63,859 nucleotides of DNA, from the NCBI GenBank assembly GCA_002633005.1, contig NMRA01000371.1:124001-187859 (forward strand). The letters run 5' to 3'. Below the pieces are notes generated by a model that was not told the DNA's origin, did not search any database, and was given only the letters and a program-made list of their open reading frames with translations. Each line of letters begins with the position of its first letter. Position 1 is the first letter of the stretch. The translations under genes and the position numbers were made by a program. This document shows positions 52,387-63,859 of this stretch, one piece after another. The stretch is from Phoronis australis (Eukaryota; Animalia; Phoronida).

Positions 52387-52748
52387 GTGAGAGTTTGGGA
52401 TTATTATTTTGATATCACATGCTTCAAAAATCTTCAGAAGCAAATTCCTGGCATTCAGCTGTTCAACTTCATGGCTCACATATATTATTTTATTTACATT
52501 AGGTGTGATCTTTAAAATTTAATCAAATCTGTTCAAATCATGTTAGATTTTATGGTAGGTTCAGTCAAGTCTCTCTCCCATTTCTTTGCACTAAGTTATA
52601 TTGGAACAAATGAATGTGCAGGACAGAACCTAAGTCTTGTATCTATGACAACAACTATGTGAGTGTAAGGTCAAATGGATGTTCTTGACATTAGTCACCT
52701 GATTTCCTGTTGTGTGGAATATTGTAATCACTGTCTGTGTTTGTATAG

Positions 52749-52858
52749 GCCAGAGGAAGCTGATGAAGCATTTGTCAAGTTCAACGCTCGCTGGTATGGA
52801 GGACGCCAGCTCAACTGTCAGTATACACATGTAGATAACTGGAAGGCTGCTATTTGTG
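52749..52858 (+). CDS. ZRSR2: ZRSR2 exon, end of UHM
   Basis: gtatAG| PEEADEAFVKFNARWYGGRQLNCQYTHVDNWKAAIC |GTAAGT; 110 nt; contains the UHM RW(Y/F) motif. Confidence 0.95.
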
Positions 52859-53393
52859 GTAAGTCATACAAAGCCGGGTCCTGCTTTTTACAAAAGGGAG
52901 GTTCAACTAAAACATTAAGAGAATTCCATGTCACCAGTAATGATTAGAAAACCTATACTGATCTCATGTGGCTAGTGGTCTGTAGAAATGAAAAAATAGA
53001 ATTTGTCAATTCCCCAGTGGTTTGTATTTGCAGCTCTAGCTAATGAGGAAGTTGCGGACCCCAAACCCCAGGCACAGGTACTTAGGTCAAGCTGAAACCA
53101 TAAATTTCAAACTGGAATAAATCCAGTGAGCCGTGGCGAATCATCCTGTTCAAGCACTCAATGAACAAACACTGTGGTGTTATTTTGTGTAATTAGGATC
53201 ACTAAGTCGCCATATTAAACGACCAAAACAAAGGGTTCCACCCCAGAACATTATCTAAAACACCACTCTTCAAATGTAGCACTGCATCTGACATGAATAA
53301 TTGGATTGTAATTAGTTCAAAAGGTCAAACCATTTTAAGTTGTGGCAGGAGGGTTATTCACTTTGAAAAATTAAGAATTTGGAAAAGATACTG

Positions 53394-53588
53394 ACTGTTG
53401 AATGAGGTGCCTCGAGTACTGTTGAATGAGGTGTCTTGAGTACTGTTGAATGAGGTGCCTTGAGTACTGTTGAATGAGGTGTCTTGAGTACTGTTGAATG
53501 AGGTGTCTTGAGTACTGTTGAATGAGGTGTCTCTACTACTGTTGAATGAGGTGCATTGAGTACTGTTGAATGAGGTGCCTTGAGTACT
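53394..53588. repeat. 24-bp minisatellite x8
   Basis: TACTGTTGAATGAGGTG(T/C)CTTGAG repeated. Confidence 0.92.
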
Positions 53589-54175
53589 ACAGCAGTGACT
53601 CATCCTTACTGGTAAACTGAAAAGTACCCCATATGGACCTACTTTATTCAAGGTTGAATACTAAGCTTGCACAACCTTGCTAGTAACCAGGTACTGTCGA
53701 AGTTTATTGTCGCTAATGAATGAGCCATGGGATATGTTTATTTTTATTGCCCGTTGATTAGAAGATTAGACTGTGTTATGCAAGTTGCTTAAGGCAGTCA
53801 GCTTGAATTACACTGCTACTGACCAAGAGGTCTATTTAGCCTTGCAATCGTCTGTATAAAAGGAGTAAGGAAGTTCAAGGTTGGTGATAACTATCAAATA
53901 ATGGGATGTACCATTCAGTTTGTCTTAAGGTGGTCAAAGGGAGCTGTGTAGAGTAGTGGATTGATCTTCATGTGAAGGATGTCCTGGCAAAAGAAGGCTT
54001 AATTTTTCAAAAAATTTGAAATAGCAAATTAAGACTGAAGAAATGTACATAACAAGTGTTTTCCTGCTGTCGTAGGGTTTTTCTGTTACGGTTCATTATA
54101 CCATTGTATCCTCTGAACAACACTGAAGAACTGTGCAGCCTCTTATGCATCATAAAAAGTGCTTGTTCATTTCAG

Positions 54176-54771
54176 GTTTGTATTTTTCGAAAAGATGTCC
54201 GAAAGGAAAAAGTTGTAACTTTCTCCATGTTTTTCGAAATCCTGGCAATGAGTTTGGTAACTATGGACAGTTTAACCGCGGCCATAATAACCATCATGGA
54301 AACAGAAACTATAATGACATTAACCGGGAAAGACGACCTAGTGCACGAAGGTCACGATCTAGGGAAAGGTCAAGTAAGAGGAGGTCGCGATCAAGATCTC
54401 GAGAGAAATCACGACGGAGAGAAAACTCTGTTGAAAGATCACGGAGGTCACGGTCGAGATCCAAAGACAGGTCACGCTCAAGGAGCAGAGAACACTCTAG
54501 GAGGAGGATAAAGGTTAGTGGTCATAGGTCACGACACAGGTCACGATCAAGATCAAGGGAGAGGGAGAAAACTCCAGATTGTGATGGTAATGGTGACAAT
54601 TCGGATGGTAGCTCTGATAGCTACAGGAAGAGGAAAACAAAAAAGAAACACAAGAAACATAAAAAACACAGTAAGAAAGGTAGTCCTGTTGTGAAAGACA
54701 AAGAAAACTCACTCACAAAACATGAAATTGAAACTGCACCACAAAGTGAAAATGAGGACAAAGTGACGTAA
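54176..54771 (+). CDS. ZRSR2: ZRSR2 last coding exon: CCCH finger 2, RS domain, Lys/His-rich tail
   Basis: tttcAG| GLYFSKRCPKGKSCNFLHVFRNPGNEF...RSRSRERSS...KKKHKKHKKH...stop TAA. Confidence 0.95.
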
Positions 54772-56759
54772 AGAGATAGGGACATTGTGGAATTCTTGTT
54801 AAACCATGTAGTGATGACAAACAGGTGGGGTACATGATGAGGTGGTCTTAGGATGTTAACCAAGGTGAAATCTCTGCTAAATGAGTAAACATCCTCTCAT
54901 GAAGACTGCAATTTCACGCATTTTTGGTGTTAGTAATGACATTGTCAGATTTTAGACGGTATTAACACACATTCTTCCAGGACTGCAGGTTTATAGTGAA
55001 CCAAAGTTGGTCATCCCAGTGGTTAGCAGGGAACGTGGGATTGTGAGGTCTATGGCCGAAGTCATTTTGGTTCTTGACAAAATGGTGTTGAAATCTTCTC
55101 CACCTGTGTTGTCATTAATTGGTCACAAATTTTATGGTTGATAGCTCTGACAAGAGAAAACAATTACTTAATTTTTAATTTTAATTTAGGCCTTAATCAC
55201 AGTGGTCACATATTTGATTTGTTGACTTGTTGAAAGGAGTGACGACTTATGGTAAAGTTGCGCCATTTTCAAATTCCAAAGGAACAAATTCATTTTTGGA
55301 CTAATCTTGCTGGACAAAACTTTTGTAGTGTCTGAATTTGATGGATCTCCAAAATTTGCCTTTTCACTGTTGTCTGAATTTGGTGAGATAAATCTCAAAT
55401 AATTTTAAGTTGACATGTGTATGAGGAGGAGAGATTCGTTTGTCGACAAGACGTATTTTTGTCTCATGCAAAAGAGAAAAGAATTGTTAATATGTACACT
55501 TGATTTTTCGCCTGCTGAACCCATTCGTGTCACTCAAACCTGGACAATATTTGCCTGATACTTGTTTCTGGCAGCCCTTATCAGGTTTTGTTGAAACAAT
55601 TCCCATCAATTGTTTCTGCCTCGCGTACTGCACAAAATGAACATAATGCTTCAAAGGTGCTGTGATGGAAATATTCCGGTAAACCACATGATGAAAAGCT
55701 GTGAGTAAAGCGTGGAATATCCTCGTCACTTATGTCAATTTTATACTTGTGGAGTTAGTCTTAAAGCCATTTCTAGTCTCTTAAGGTTACTAGCGTGTGT
55801 ATGATGTGAAGATGCGACATCGAAAGAATAGTTTTATGCAGCCAGTTACATACTATATACACCTTCATAATGTACTAGTGGTCGTATATTGCTATCATGT
55901 CTGTCCGGTGTTCGCAGCTGTATCTCCCAAACCCCTTGAAGAAACTCTGCGAAATTTGGCTAGTATTTTGCCAATGAACACGATAGTGGATGATGATTTT
56001 TGAATTGATCCAATTGTGATTTTGTCTTCTTGTAAATGTTTTTACGTTTGTCTCTTAATCTTTCGAGTTCCTCAATGAATTTTCATGAAATTTGTCAAAT
56101 AAGTACGTGTTAAGATCACGACTTTGCATTTTTGGATAGATTTGACATATTCTACTCAACAAAGTGTCCCAGTCTGTTTATTTGGCGTCCTGTCTGACTA
56201 CTAAACTGCTAAAAAATTGGTGTAGCATGACTGAGCTTTTAGGACGGTCCAGCTACTGTAGCACCCCTGGTCGCACTTTTTGCGTCTGCTGCTGTATCCC
56301 GTTGTGGGATCTTTGTGAAATTTGCCAAGTGAATTCCAGTGAATGTAACAGCAGGTGATGACTTGAGACATTTCCAACTACAGCTATGCCCCCAAGTGAC
56401 CATTTTATTTATTTTCATTTCTTCTGTATCTTTAGATTTCCTTTGACAGATTTTTATGAAATTTGGCCAATAGGTTTCAGTTTTGACAACTTTATTTTCG
56501 GACAGATTCGACATTTTCTACGTCACCATTTCAGTTATGAAGTTGTCAGTGTTTGCCCCTCCTTCTGCCAAACCACTCTAAGCATCATGAAAATTGAAAA
56601 ATGGTTTTTACTCTTAAGGGTACAGCTGACGTTAGTTTTTGGATGAGTACTGTGGACCTCCACAGTGTCATTTTTTTTGTGACTCAATAACTACCAAGTT
56701 ACTTGATGGATCTTTGTAAAATTTTGTATATGTTCCTATTCACATAGATTTTGGTAGTC

Positions 56760-57704
56760 CATAGGCGGATTTAGGGGGGGGCCTTGGCTGCTGCAAAAAA
56801 ATAAAACAGCAAGAGCGTACTAGGGAAATGTTGAGTTTATTAATTAACCCCGGTAATTAAAATTATACGGCTAAAACAAGATTTAAATGTGTGCAATTTT
56901 AGTGTTGGGGGGGGGGGGGATTCAATTTCAAGTGTCAAATTCGGAACACGACGCAATCGTAACGGAACTATGGCGAAGTATAGGCTCTCCCGCGATATCT
57001 CAGGCGACCGGCAGTGGCTCTGGGCACTACGACTCCGTTTCCGTCGTCTGCTCCACTTTGCAATGAAGAAAATTACTTCATTTTTTTAAAGAAAATGGAA
57101 TCTGAGTGATGGTGAAAAAACAGAAGCTGCTGGTAAGATGTCAATTTTAATCAAAGCCTTAGTGAATCACTCAGAAACTCATAATTCTCTTTGTCGAACC
57201 TTAACTTAAGACGATTTCCAAAGCAATCGCGTCATTATTGCCAACACAAAAAACGTATTTGGTCTTTTGGACAATTGAAGACTATTTTAAATACAACAAA
57301 TTTCTTACGAACTGATTGCACAAAATATAAAACATGTAATAAGCATTACAAAAAGGAGGTTTCGCGTGCAAACGCTGTGGACCATAATCAAGGTCTCTTA
57401 GTATTAAATTAGGAGTTAAGTTATGGTGGTGCAGTGGTAAAGCATGGCTCTATATCCGCCAGGTCGTGAGTTCGAGTCTGCTACTTGCAGTTTTTCCTGG
57501 TTGACTCCATCGTGTTTTTTTTTGCCTTTTTTGCTCGGATAATACTTCGGGAATCGAGGAAAATGTTTGATTTTTAGAGGAAAAAAACGAAAAATTTCTT
57601 GGGCGGGAGCGGAGTTTGCCTCCCCCCATTCGGTGCTATACGCATCTACAATCATGCTTTGAGCAAAATGTTGGCCCCCCCCTTGTGATATCCTAGATCC
57701 GCAG
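56760..57704. mobile_element. Degenerate hAT-like non-autonomous element
   Basis: Ends GGCGGATTTAGGGGGGGG / CCCCCCC...CCTAGATCCGC; CpG-rich interior; no TSD resolved. Confidence 0.45.
57418..57495 (+). pseudogene. tRNA-derived Pol III-type sequence (pseudo-tRNA / SINE head)
   Basis: A-box TGGTGCAGTGG, D-stem GTGC/GCAT, B-box GTTCGAGTC, then TTTTT; acceptor and T stems imperfect. Confidence 0.5.
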
Positions 57705-58567
57705 TTTTGTTTTTCTTTGTTCACTTCAATATGTTTTCATTATTTTTGTGTTTTTGTTGTTGGCCTCTCTTTCTGCTAAAGCCCTTGAAAAATCATAATG
57801 AAAGGTGTATTCCTATTGAGGAGAGCATAGTAGAGTCCTTGCCTTGCACCCTTTAAAGGCTGATATTGATCCGTCTAGTGGTTATGTTTAAAATAAGAGA
57901 TAATCTTTTGTATCTTGACTGTATGTTATGCACATGGTTGCGTGCATGTCAATGTTGCTGCGAAAGTAGTTAAGATGATGTTTTGTAATACATTGTGTTT
58001 ATTTTCTACTTGCCTTGTAGAGTTCAAAACAAGGATTAAATCATTTACATATTACTAAAAATTGGAACCCAATTCATCCATATCATCATATTGACAACTA
58101 TCATTATACTTAAATCCCATAAGAATATCTTTGTTTACTTACACAAAATTTTCTTTTATTTCCCAAACCTTCCTAAGGATGGCAGTGCAATCACTCACAT
58201 TCAGTTACAACAAAGTATCGTCTCATTCAACACAAACACATGACATAACTACAAACACATGCTGATGTGAATTACAATAAAGAATATGCAAAAGTAAATC
58301 CTAAAAGGTCACATAACAAATTTCTCCTGCACCCGAGATCTACTTTTATATGCGCCCGGACTTAAGAAATTAGTGTGTACAACATTTGTTCAAACCAAAC
58401 AAATGAAACTTTATATGTTCAGCCATATTGAAAAAAAATCAAGCGCGTTTCAAAAGGTGGGTGTTAGTTACAAAAGACTGCACACGCACACACTGATCAT
58501 ACAGGAGCAGTTGGTTACCATGACAACAACAAGTGCGGGTGACCACGGCAACAGTTTATCCATAGTG

Positions 58568-58621
58568 TTAACTGGAAGTAAATCCCAACTCTTCCAATAT
58601 TCCCTTTGGTTCCTCCGACTC
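58568..58621 (-). CDS. AP1S: AP-1 complex sigma subunit, terminal exon B (ESEEPKGILEELGFTSS*)
   Basis: Acceptor ttttgttttaaccctcAG|, phase 0. Resembles recalled vertebrate AP1S1/2 ends (ESPRSVLEEMGLA / EAETPRSVLEEIGLT). AATAAA at 58155-58160 on the minus strand. Confidence 0.68.
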   Translation of the reverse strand, partial: ESEEPKGILEELGFTSS

Positions 58622-60330
58622 CTGAGGGTTAAAACAAAACATATTCAGTGAGGTTTTACCAATGCCAAATCTTGACAAGGCCAAGCTAGCAACCCCAGGG
58701 TCAAGCATTGCAGTACACCTTTACTTTTTAAGTATTTCTAACTTTAATGTTCCTTAATGATACTAAACCGGCTGACACGATTGAGACGAAACATGCATTT
58801 GCTTTTGAGTCTGTGGTCCGTTTCATGAAAAGTTGACTTAAGACAGAGATTCAGTCTTGCACTACACACAATTATTTCTTAAAACAACTAAAACAATCTC
58901 ACCTGAACAAAAAATGCCAAGTCACTGAGAATGTACACATGACTGCAAGCTATTGAGATAATTTGTATAATTTTTTCTAGATTGAGACCCGCTCCTTAAT
59001 TACTTGGCTAAACTTTATCCAGTAACTGAAGAGGGAGTGTAGTACCAAATTTCTGTCAAAGTCTCGAGTCACTTTCTTGAAATGGACCCCCCCATACTGG
59101 AATTCAATTTTTGTCCTCACAAGTTCAAAAACTGGAATTGACATGGAGAGGTAAAACCACTTCATACTTCTCCAATAGCAGCGAACACAATGCATAAAAA
59201 TAATCACAGATGCAGAGACATGACCTTGACATGACCTTGAGGTTTACCGCTGGGTACGAAAATAAGACTAGTTACAACACTTGAATGTGTGAAAATCCAA
59301 CAAGATGGATTCTCACCAATCATTTTGTTAGAAAATAAGCTGTTGTGTTCAGTTCTGCTAGAAGTGAAATGATTAAAATGAAGCTGTTACATTGATAAAG
59401 GACAGTTTTTTTCTGGCCTTGAAAACACTTCCATTAAAGTTACAAGTAAGTTTTTTAAAAAGTATCATTTGAGTGCATTTCAACAGAGTGTTACAGAAGG
59501 AAACCATTTCATGCAAAATTGTTAGTAGAGGTTGGACTGATACAGTGCAAGGAGAAAATAGGTCACTGATTGGGTATGAGTTGAGGCAATTCATGTACAG
59601 CCAACATCCAGTTAACAGCTGATGCGGACTGTTACAGTCCATGTCCTAGTAGGTAATAGTACATTTTAATATCCCTCAGAAAAAGAAAAATTTTCTTCAT
59701 TGGGCAATTTTGTGTAGCACAATTGTGAAAAAATAATATTTGGAAAAAATGTTCATTTTATGTGTTTTGCCAACAATTTTACCCAGTCAGAGAAACATGC
59801 AAGAAGGAAAAACATAACACGACTGAAAGAAAACAGAAAGTATGATAAAAATCATCGCAATAATCCCAATCCTAAAAAGAGCAAAAATGAGAAATTAGAA
59901 ACGCAGCAGAGCACAAAACAAGACAGACATAAATAAAACTATAGGTAGTTAAATGTATACAAAACAACGGGGTTTGGTGATTGTTAAAGCCAACTTGATA
60001 AAACCAGCATGGAGTGCTATTGAATGGAACTCTTATCATGAGCTGAAAATGCAGCTCACTTGAAATAACACAAAGCACTGAGTATTGATAAGAGATGCAA
60101 TACAACCTCCATTATCAATTCCTATTAGCTACATAATGGTTGTAAAATACAAATATGGACAGATTCCGAAGGGAAAATCAGGTTATAAATATGCTGTCCC
60201 ACTGTCCATATAATCTGATATACCAGACGGATCAGTGTCATGTGACCACTGATGCAGTCTTCCTCTGGTATCTTCATCTATCAGACTGACATGTCTTTAC
60301 ATGTTTTCATGTACTGCACTGTCTACTCAC

Positions 60331-60405
60331 TTTGTTTACACAATCCACAGATTTCCGCAGCGTGTAACTTAACAAATCAAGAAGCGCGACATCTGACACA
60401 AGGAG
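60331..60405 (-). CDS. Candidate 75-nt cassette exon of AP1S (LLVSDVALLDLLSYTLRKSVDCVNK)
   Basis: cttttcattcaaacAG| ... |GTGAGTA, phase 0-0, no stop; no homology recognised. Confidence 0.45.
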
Positions 60406-61555
60406 CTGTTTGAATGAAAAGTGATATAACTTGGCTATCCGAGCAACATCACGTCATATCGGAAATCATGGTACTGTGTTTTACCCAACCAGAGGAATGG
60501 AGAATCAGTGGGCATATACGGTAATAATAAAACGTATTCCCAGGTTGTTTTAAAAGATCAGTTTTCCTTTTCAAAATAATACTGAGGTAGTAGTTTACTG
60601 AAGCTCCCCCTGGAGGTAAAACTGACAACATATTTCTAATAGCGGAGTATTTTTACAAACGCTGAATAATACAGAGACATGTTATTCATTCAATTCCAAT
60701 TAAAATGGAAAGTCTTCATCGATATAATTTAATATTGGGCATCACAAAATGTTAAAACACAATATGTTGTATTCAAAACCTCATGAAAGCAACACAGCTC
60801 CAAAATATTTAAAATCTTATCCATAAAAAATGTAATGCACGTCTAAACAATTCTCAATATTGAAAATTTTGCATAACAATGTAATGAAAGTGAGAACAAT
60901 TTTCTACCGGTAGGAAATTGTTCCAGGCACTAGTTGTACCCACTGTCTAAAAGTGGTAAATATAAGACTATGGTCATTACCCAGCACATAGGAGACAACC
61001 TGATAACCCGTGGCCAGGCAACCATTTTACGGTAGAGACAACAGCCCAAGCAGGGCAGGCATATATTTTACAAAAATCAAATGCTTGATAATAAGTCACA
61101 ATGATTGAGCGATGGGGTTTACGTCGTATCAGGAATTGATCTTACGACTTATGACTAACAGCAAGTTCCCAGTGGGACGTTGTATACACAAGTTTGTCGT
61201 TTACAAACACACTCGGCCATAGATGGGAAAGTGTATCTCCTAGTAAAGGCGAATTCTCACAAAATCAATACAACACAGAAACATCTTAGCGTAAATACAT
61301 CTTTTCTAAAAACTTCCCTAGTGTTGGACAATAAATAAATTTCCAGGCTCGAAACTGAACTTAACCCCACATCGTTTCAAAAAGCAACCACACGTAAACG
61401 GCGCACACAGATATTTATGGTTTATTACAACCCTTTTCATCTACACAACTGAAACTAAGAAAGCTTTGGCGATGAAACATGAAATAATGTAGTTGACTAA
61501 CTAAAGCAAAGTAACAGACTATTTGACTACAGTAAACCAGCATGCAATCAGTTGA

Positions 61556-61600
61556 TCAGCCAAGGCCGGTGTCTTCGAAGAAGCCTTGAGGGGTTTCATC
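61556..61600 (-). CDS. AP1S: AP-1 complex sigma subunit, terminal exon A (DETPQGFFEDTGLG*)
   Basis: Pyrimidine-rich acceptor ttttacgcttcccAG|, phase 0. The peptide closely resembles the recalled C-terminus of fly/nematode AP-1 sigma (ETPQGFFEDHGLG). AATAAA at 61421-61426 on the minus strand. Confidence 0.8.
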   Translation of the reverse strand, partial: DETPQGFFEDTGLG

Positions 61601-63774
61601 CTGGGAAGCGTAAAATGAGAAAAGTTTGCTAGTGAAGAAACACATACACAGCACAGCCTTCGAAGCCGACTGGAAAAAAGGTTTTGCTTCATCCTAGCTT
61701 CTGCAGAAGAATTTTCACTTTTGCGAACTTTATATATTATTGTCAAGGTGAGAAGGAACAAATTTCACGTTTTTCTTGTCATGTGACCTCTGACCTCAAA
61801 TGTTTATGCAATACGAAAGCTGTAGTGAATCAAAATTTAACTTCGTATTTCCACACACAGAAACTTGATGAAACAAAAGTGACTAAAGACACAAACAACA
61901 CAATACAGAAGAAGTCACAATTTAAAGACAGCAGATGACATAACAATTCACCTGCTTATAGAGATGTGTCAGAAACATTCTACAAAGCCACAGTTTAAGA
62001 GAATGAATATTGGCAAGTCGTATATCCGCTCTTCAGCACAACTGCCCTTCTTTTGATGGCACAAAACTCAACTTGACAAAGTATACACAAATGCTTCTTT
62101 TGCGAATGCATCACACAATCAGCCACAAACCTGCATTCCATCCAGGAATCAACCTTTTGATTTAGACCATAAAATTGATCTCAACTTGTTCCTTACAAAG
62201 ACAATCTCTTGAAATCACCTCAAATTTGACTAAAACAATCGAGACCAATTTCACAACATTAAGTGTTTTAAATCAAAAAGTCTTTTGTGACAGAAGGTGG
62301 GTTTGTATGGAAGGTGGGTTTGTAGCTGGTTTAAATGACGAGCTCACGTTGGCAAAATCTTGTCCATCTGGAACACTCATGCAAAATGCCAACATAAATG
62401 ACCAGTGTATACTATTCAAGTGCTTGACAAACAAGAGCAACACAGACGGTTGGTATGCGCCCTCCATGTCTATCGCAAACGGTTAACATATAAGGGACAT
62501 TAATTTTGCTACTCAAATACTTCCACGCAAGTCGGATTCATTCGAATATCAACACCAGTTGTGCTCTCCTCATGAAGGACATGCACATTAAATTTCATGA
62601 GGATCCATAAAAGACATTGGTAATCATTAAGGTAGACGCAAGGACAATTTGCCACCAGGGGGCACCCGAGTAGTCACATCAATTCAAAAACCAACACTAG
62701 CTGTCACTTCCTCTAGAGAACCAATGTTCCAAATTTCATGAAGAAACGTTAAAGAACTTGAACTGGATAGACAGCCAGTGGAGAAGACAACACACATTGC
62801 CACAAGGGAGCACCACAGTAGTCAAATCCATCTAAAATCAACACCAGCTGTGGTACTGAGGCAAGCACACAAAAAAACTGCCGCTACGGGGCACAACAGT
62901 AGTCAGAACTGTCAGATAATGTACCACAGCCATAATCTCCTCAATTAGATCACAGTTCCATTGAAGAATTTGATAAATATTGAGGGAAACACTAAGAACT
63001 AAAAGTGTCACTAAGTGACATCACAGTAGATCTATGTGAAAATAAACGTCAGCCATACTCCCCTCAACATGAACCCATCTGCAAACTTTCAAGACGTCTC
63101 TGAAACAGTTTGGCAAATAGGGAGGCAGGTGCCAAAAAAAGGAAAACAAATGGCTGCTAAGGGACACCACAATATTCGGCATGTCTGAAAATCTGTTAGC
63201 CATGCTCTCCTTACTGTGAACACATCTGCCAATAGAGACATGGATGCCAAAAACACACGCAAACAAAACAAAATTGCCTCTAGAGGACATCAGTAGCTGG
63301 ATACGCCCACCACAGGTTGCTGTCACCTGTTAATATGAACACACCTGAAGAAGATCCTGAAATGGGTATCGGAGATGCAACAGGATATGCGACACAGAGA
63401 TGACAATAATGTGCACTCACATTATGTAGATGTGGGCGCATAAAAATTAAGATGTCCTAAACACGAATGACAATCAAAAGACAGGGAACCATACAGTTTA
63501 ATTGTTTCCAAATAACTGGCAGTGTTACACTTGATGAGATACCTGTGTTTCCAGGGATCAAATTTCTTCACTGACTTCTTAAGAATTAGGAGACCCATAA
63601 AAATATCCTTGATGACCACAGAATCTTTTTAATGTTCAAAAAGTATTGCTCAGATGTTCATAATCACATACTTGCATTTTCTGGAAGAACCAAAATTTTT
63701 CATGGAGATGGACTATAATTTTCCACAAACATGAATTTTTTGACACGAAATCTGTCCGGGATCTCATCTTAAGA

Positions 63775-63859
63775 CCCTCTACCCCTACAGTTCTCCCTCT
63801 GCCCCTACAGCTCCCCCTCTACCCCTACAGCTCCCCCTCTACCCCTACAGCCCCCCTCT
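63775..63859. repeat. 20-bp minisatellite at right edge
   Basis: CCCCTACAGCTCCCCCTCTA repeated. Confidence 0.88.

Noticed and set aside
44801-54175. Productive ZRSR2 introns being U12-type
   Set aside because: All seven donors (GTAGGT, GTGAAG, GTATGA, GTAAGA, GTAGGC, GTGAGA, GTAAGT) are U2-type; ordered U12 signals were seen only nested in 45518-46842.
1-63859. Hammerhead ribozyme or retrozyme in the tandem repeats
   Set aside because: The CTGATGA hits I noticed (e.g. ~23489, ~24143, ~52760) lack the flanking stems and GAAA core; a by-eye scan only, so an Infernal search would be needed to exclude it.

Overview
AT-rich, intron-rich metazoan genomic DNA, not prokaryotic. It looks like an invertebrate deuterostome draft assembly (inference), with several single-N joins and one ~500-N gap. 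Three genes can be rebuilt from splice sites. (1) AEBP2/jing, a PRC2 cofactor with three C2H2 fingers, on the minus strand: exon 1 at 40128-40450, a ~34.5 kb first intron, zinc-finger exon at 4734-5596; no further exons were found, so they probably lie left of the window. (2) ZRSR2/Urp, the U2AF35-related minor-spliceosome 3' splice-site factor, on the plus strand: eight in-frame coding exons from 44692 to 54771; the N-terminal exons were not found. (3) The 3' end of a convergent AP-1 sigma subunit gene (AP1S) on the minus strand, with two alternative terminal exons. The strongest signal is in ZRSR2 intron 45518-46842. Two U12-type introns (AT-AC and GT-AG) appear nested inside this U2 intron around a stop-containing exon, which would form a twintron able to give minor-spliceosome negative feedback. 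The rest is non-autonomous DNA transposons (TA-TSD element with a HIRAN-like pseudogene, 5-bp-TSD hAT-like, 6-bp-TSD IS3EU-like, Harbinger/Zator-like MITEs), minisatellites and a GC-rich hairpin-repeat array. Most ORFs in the supplied track are spurious. Homology calls are from recalled sequences; no search was run.
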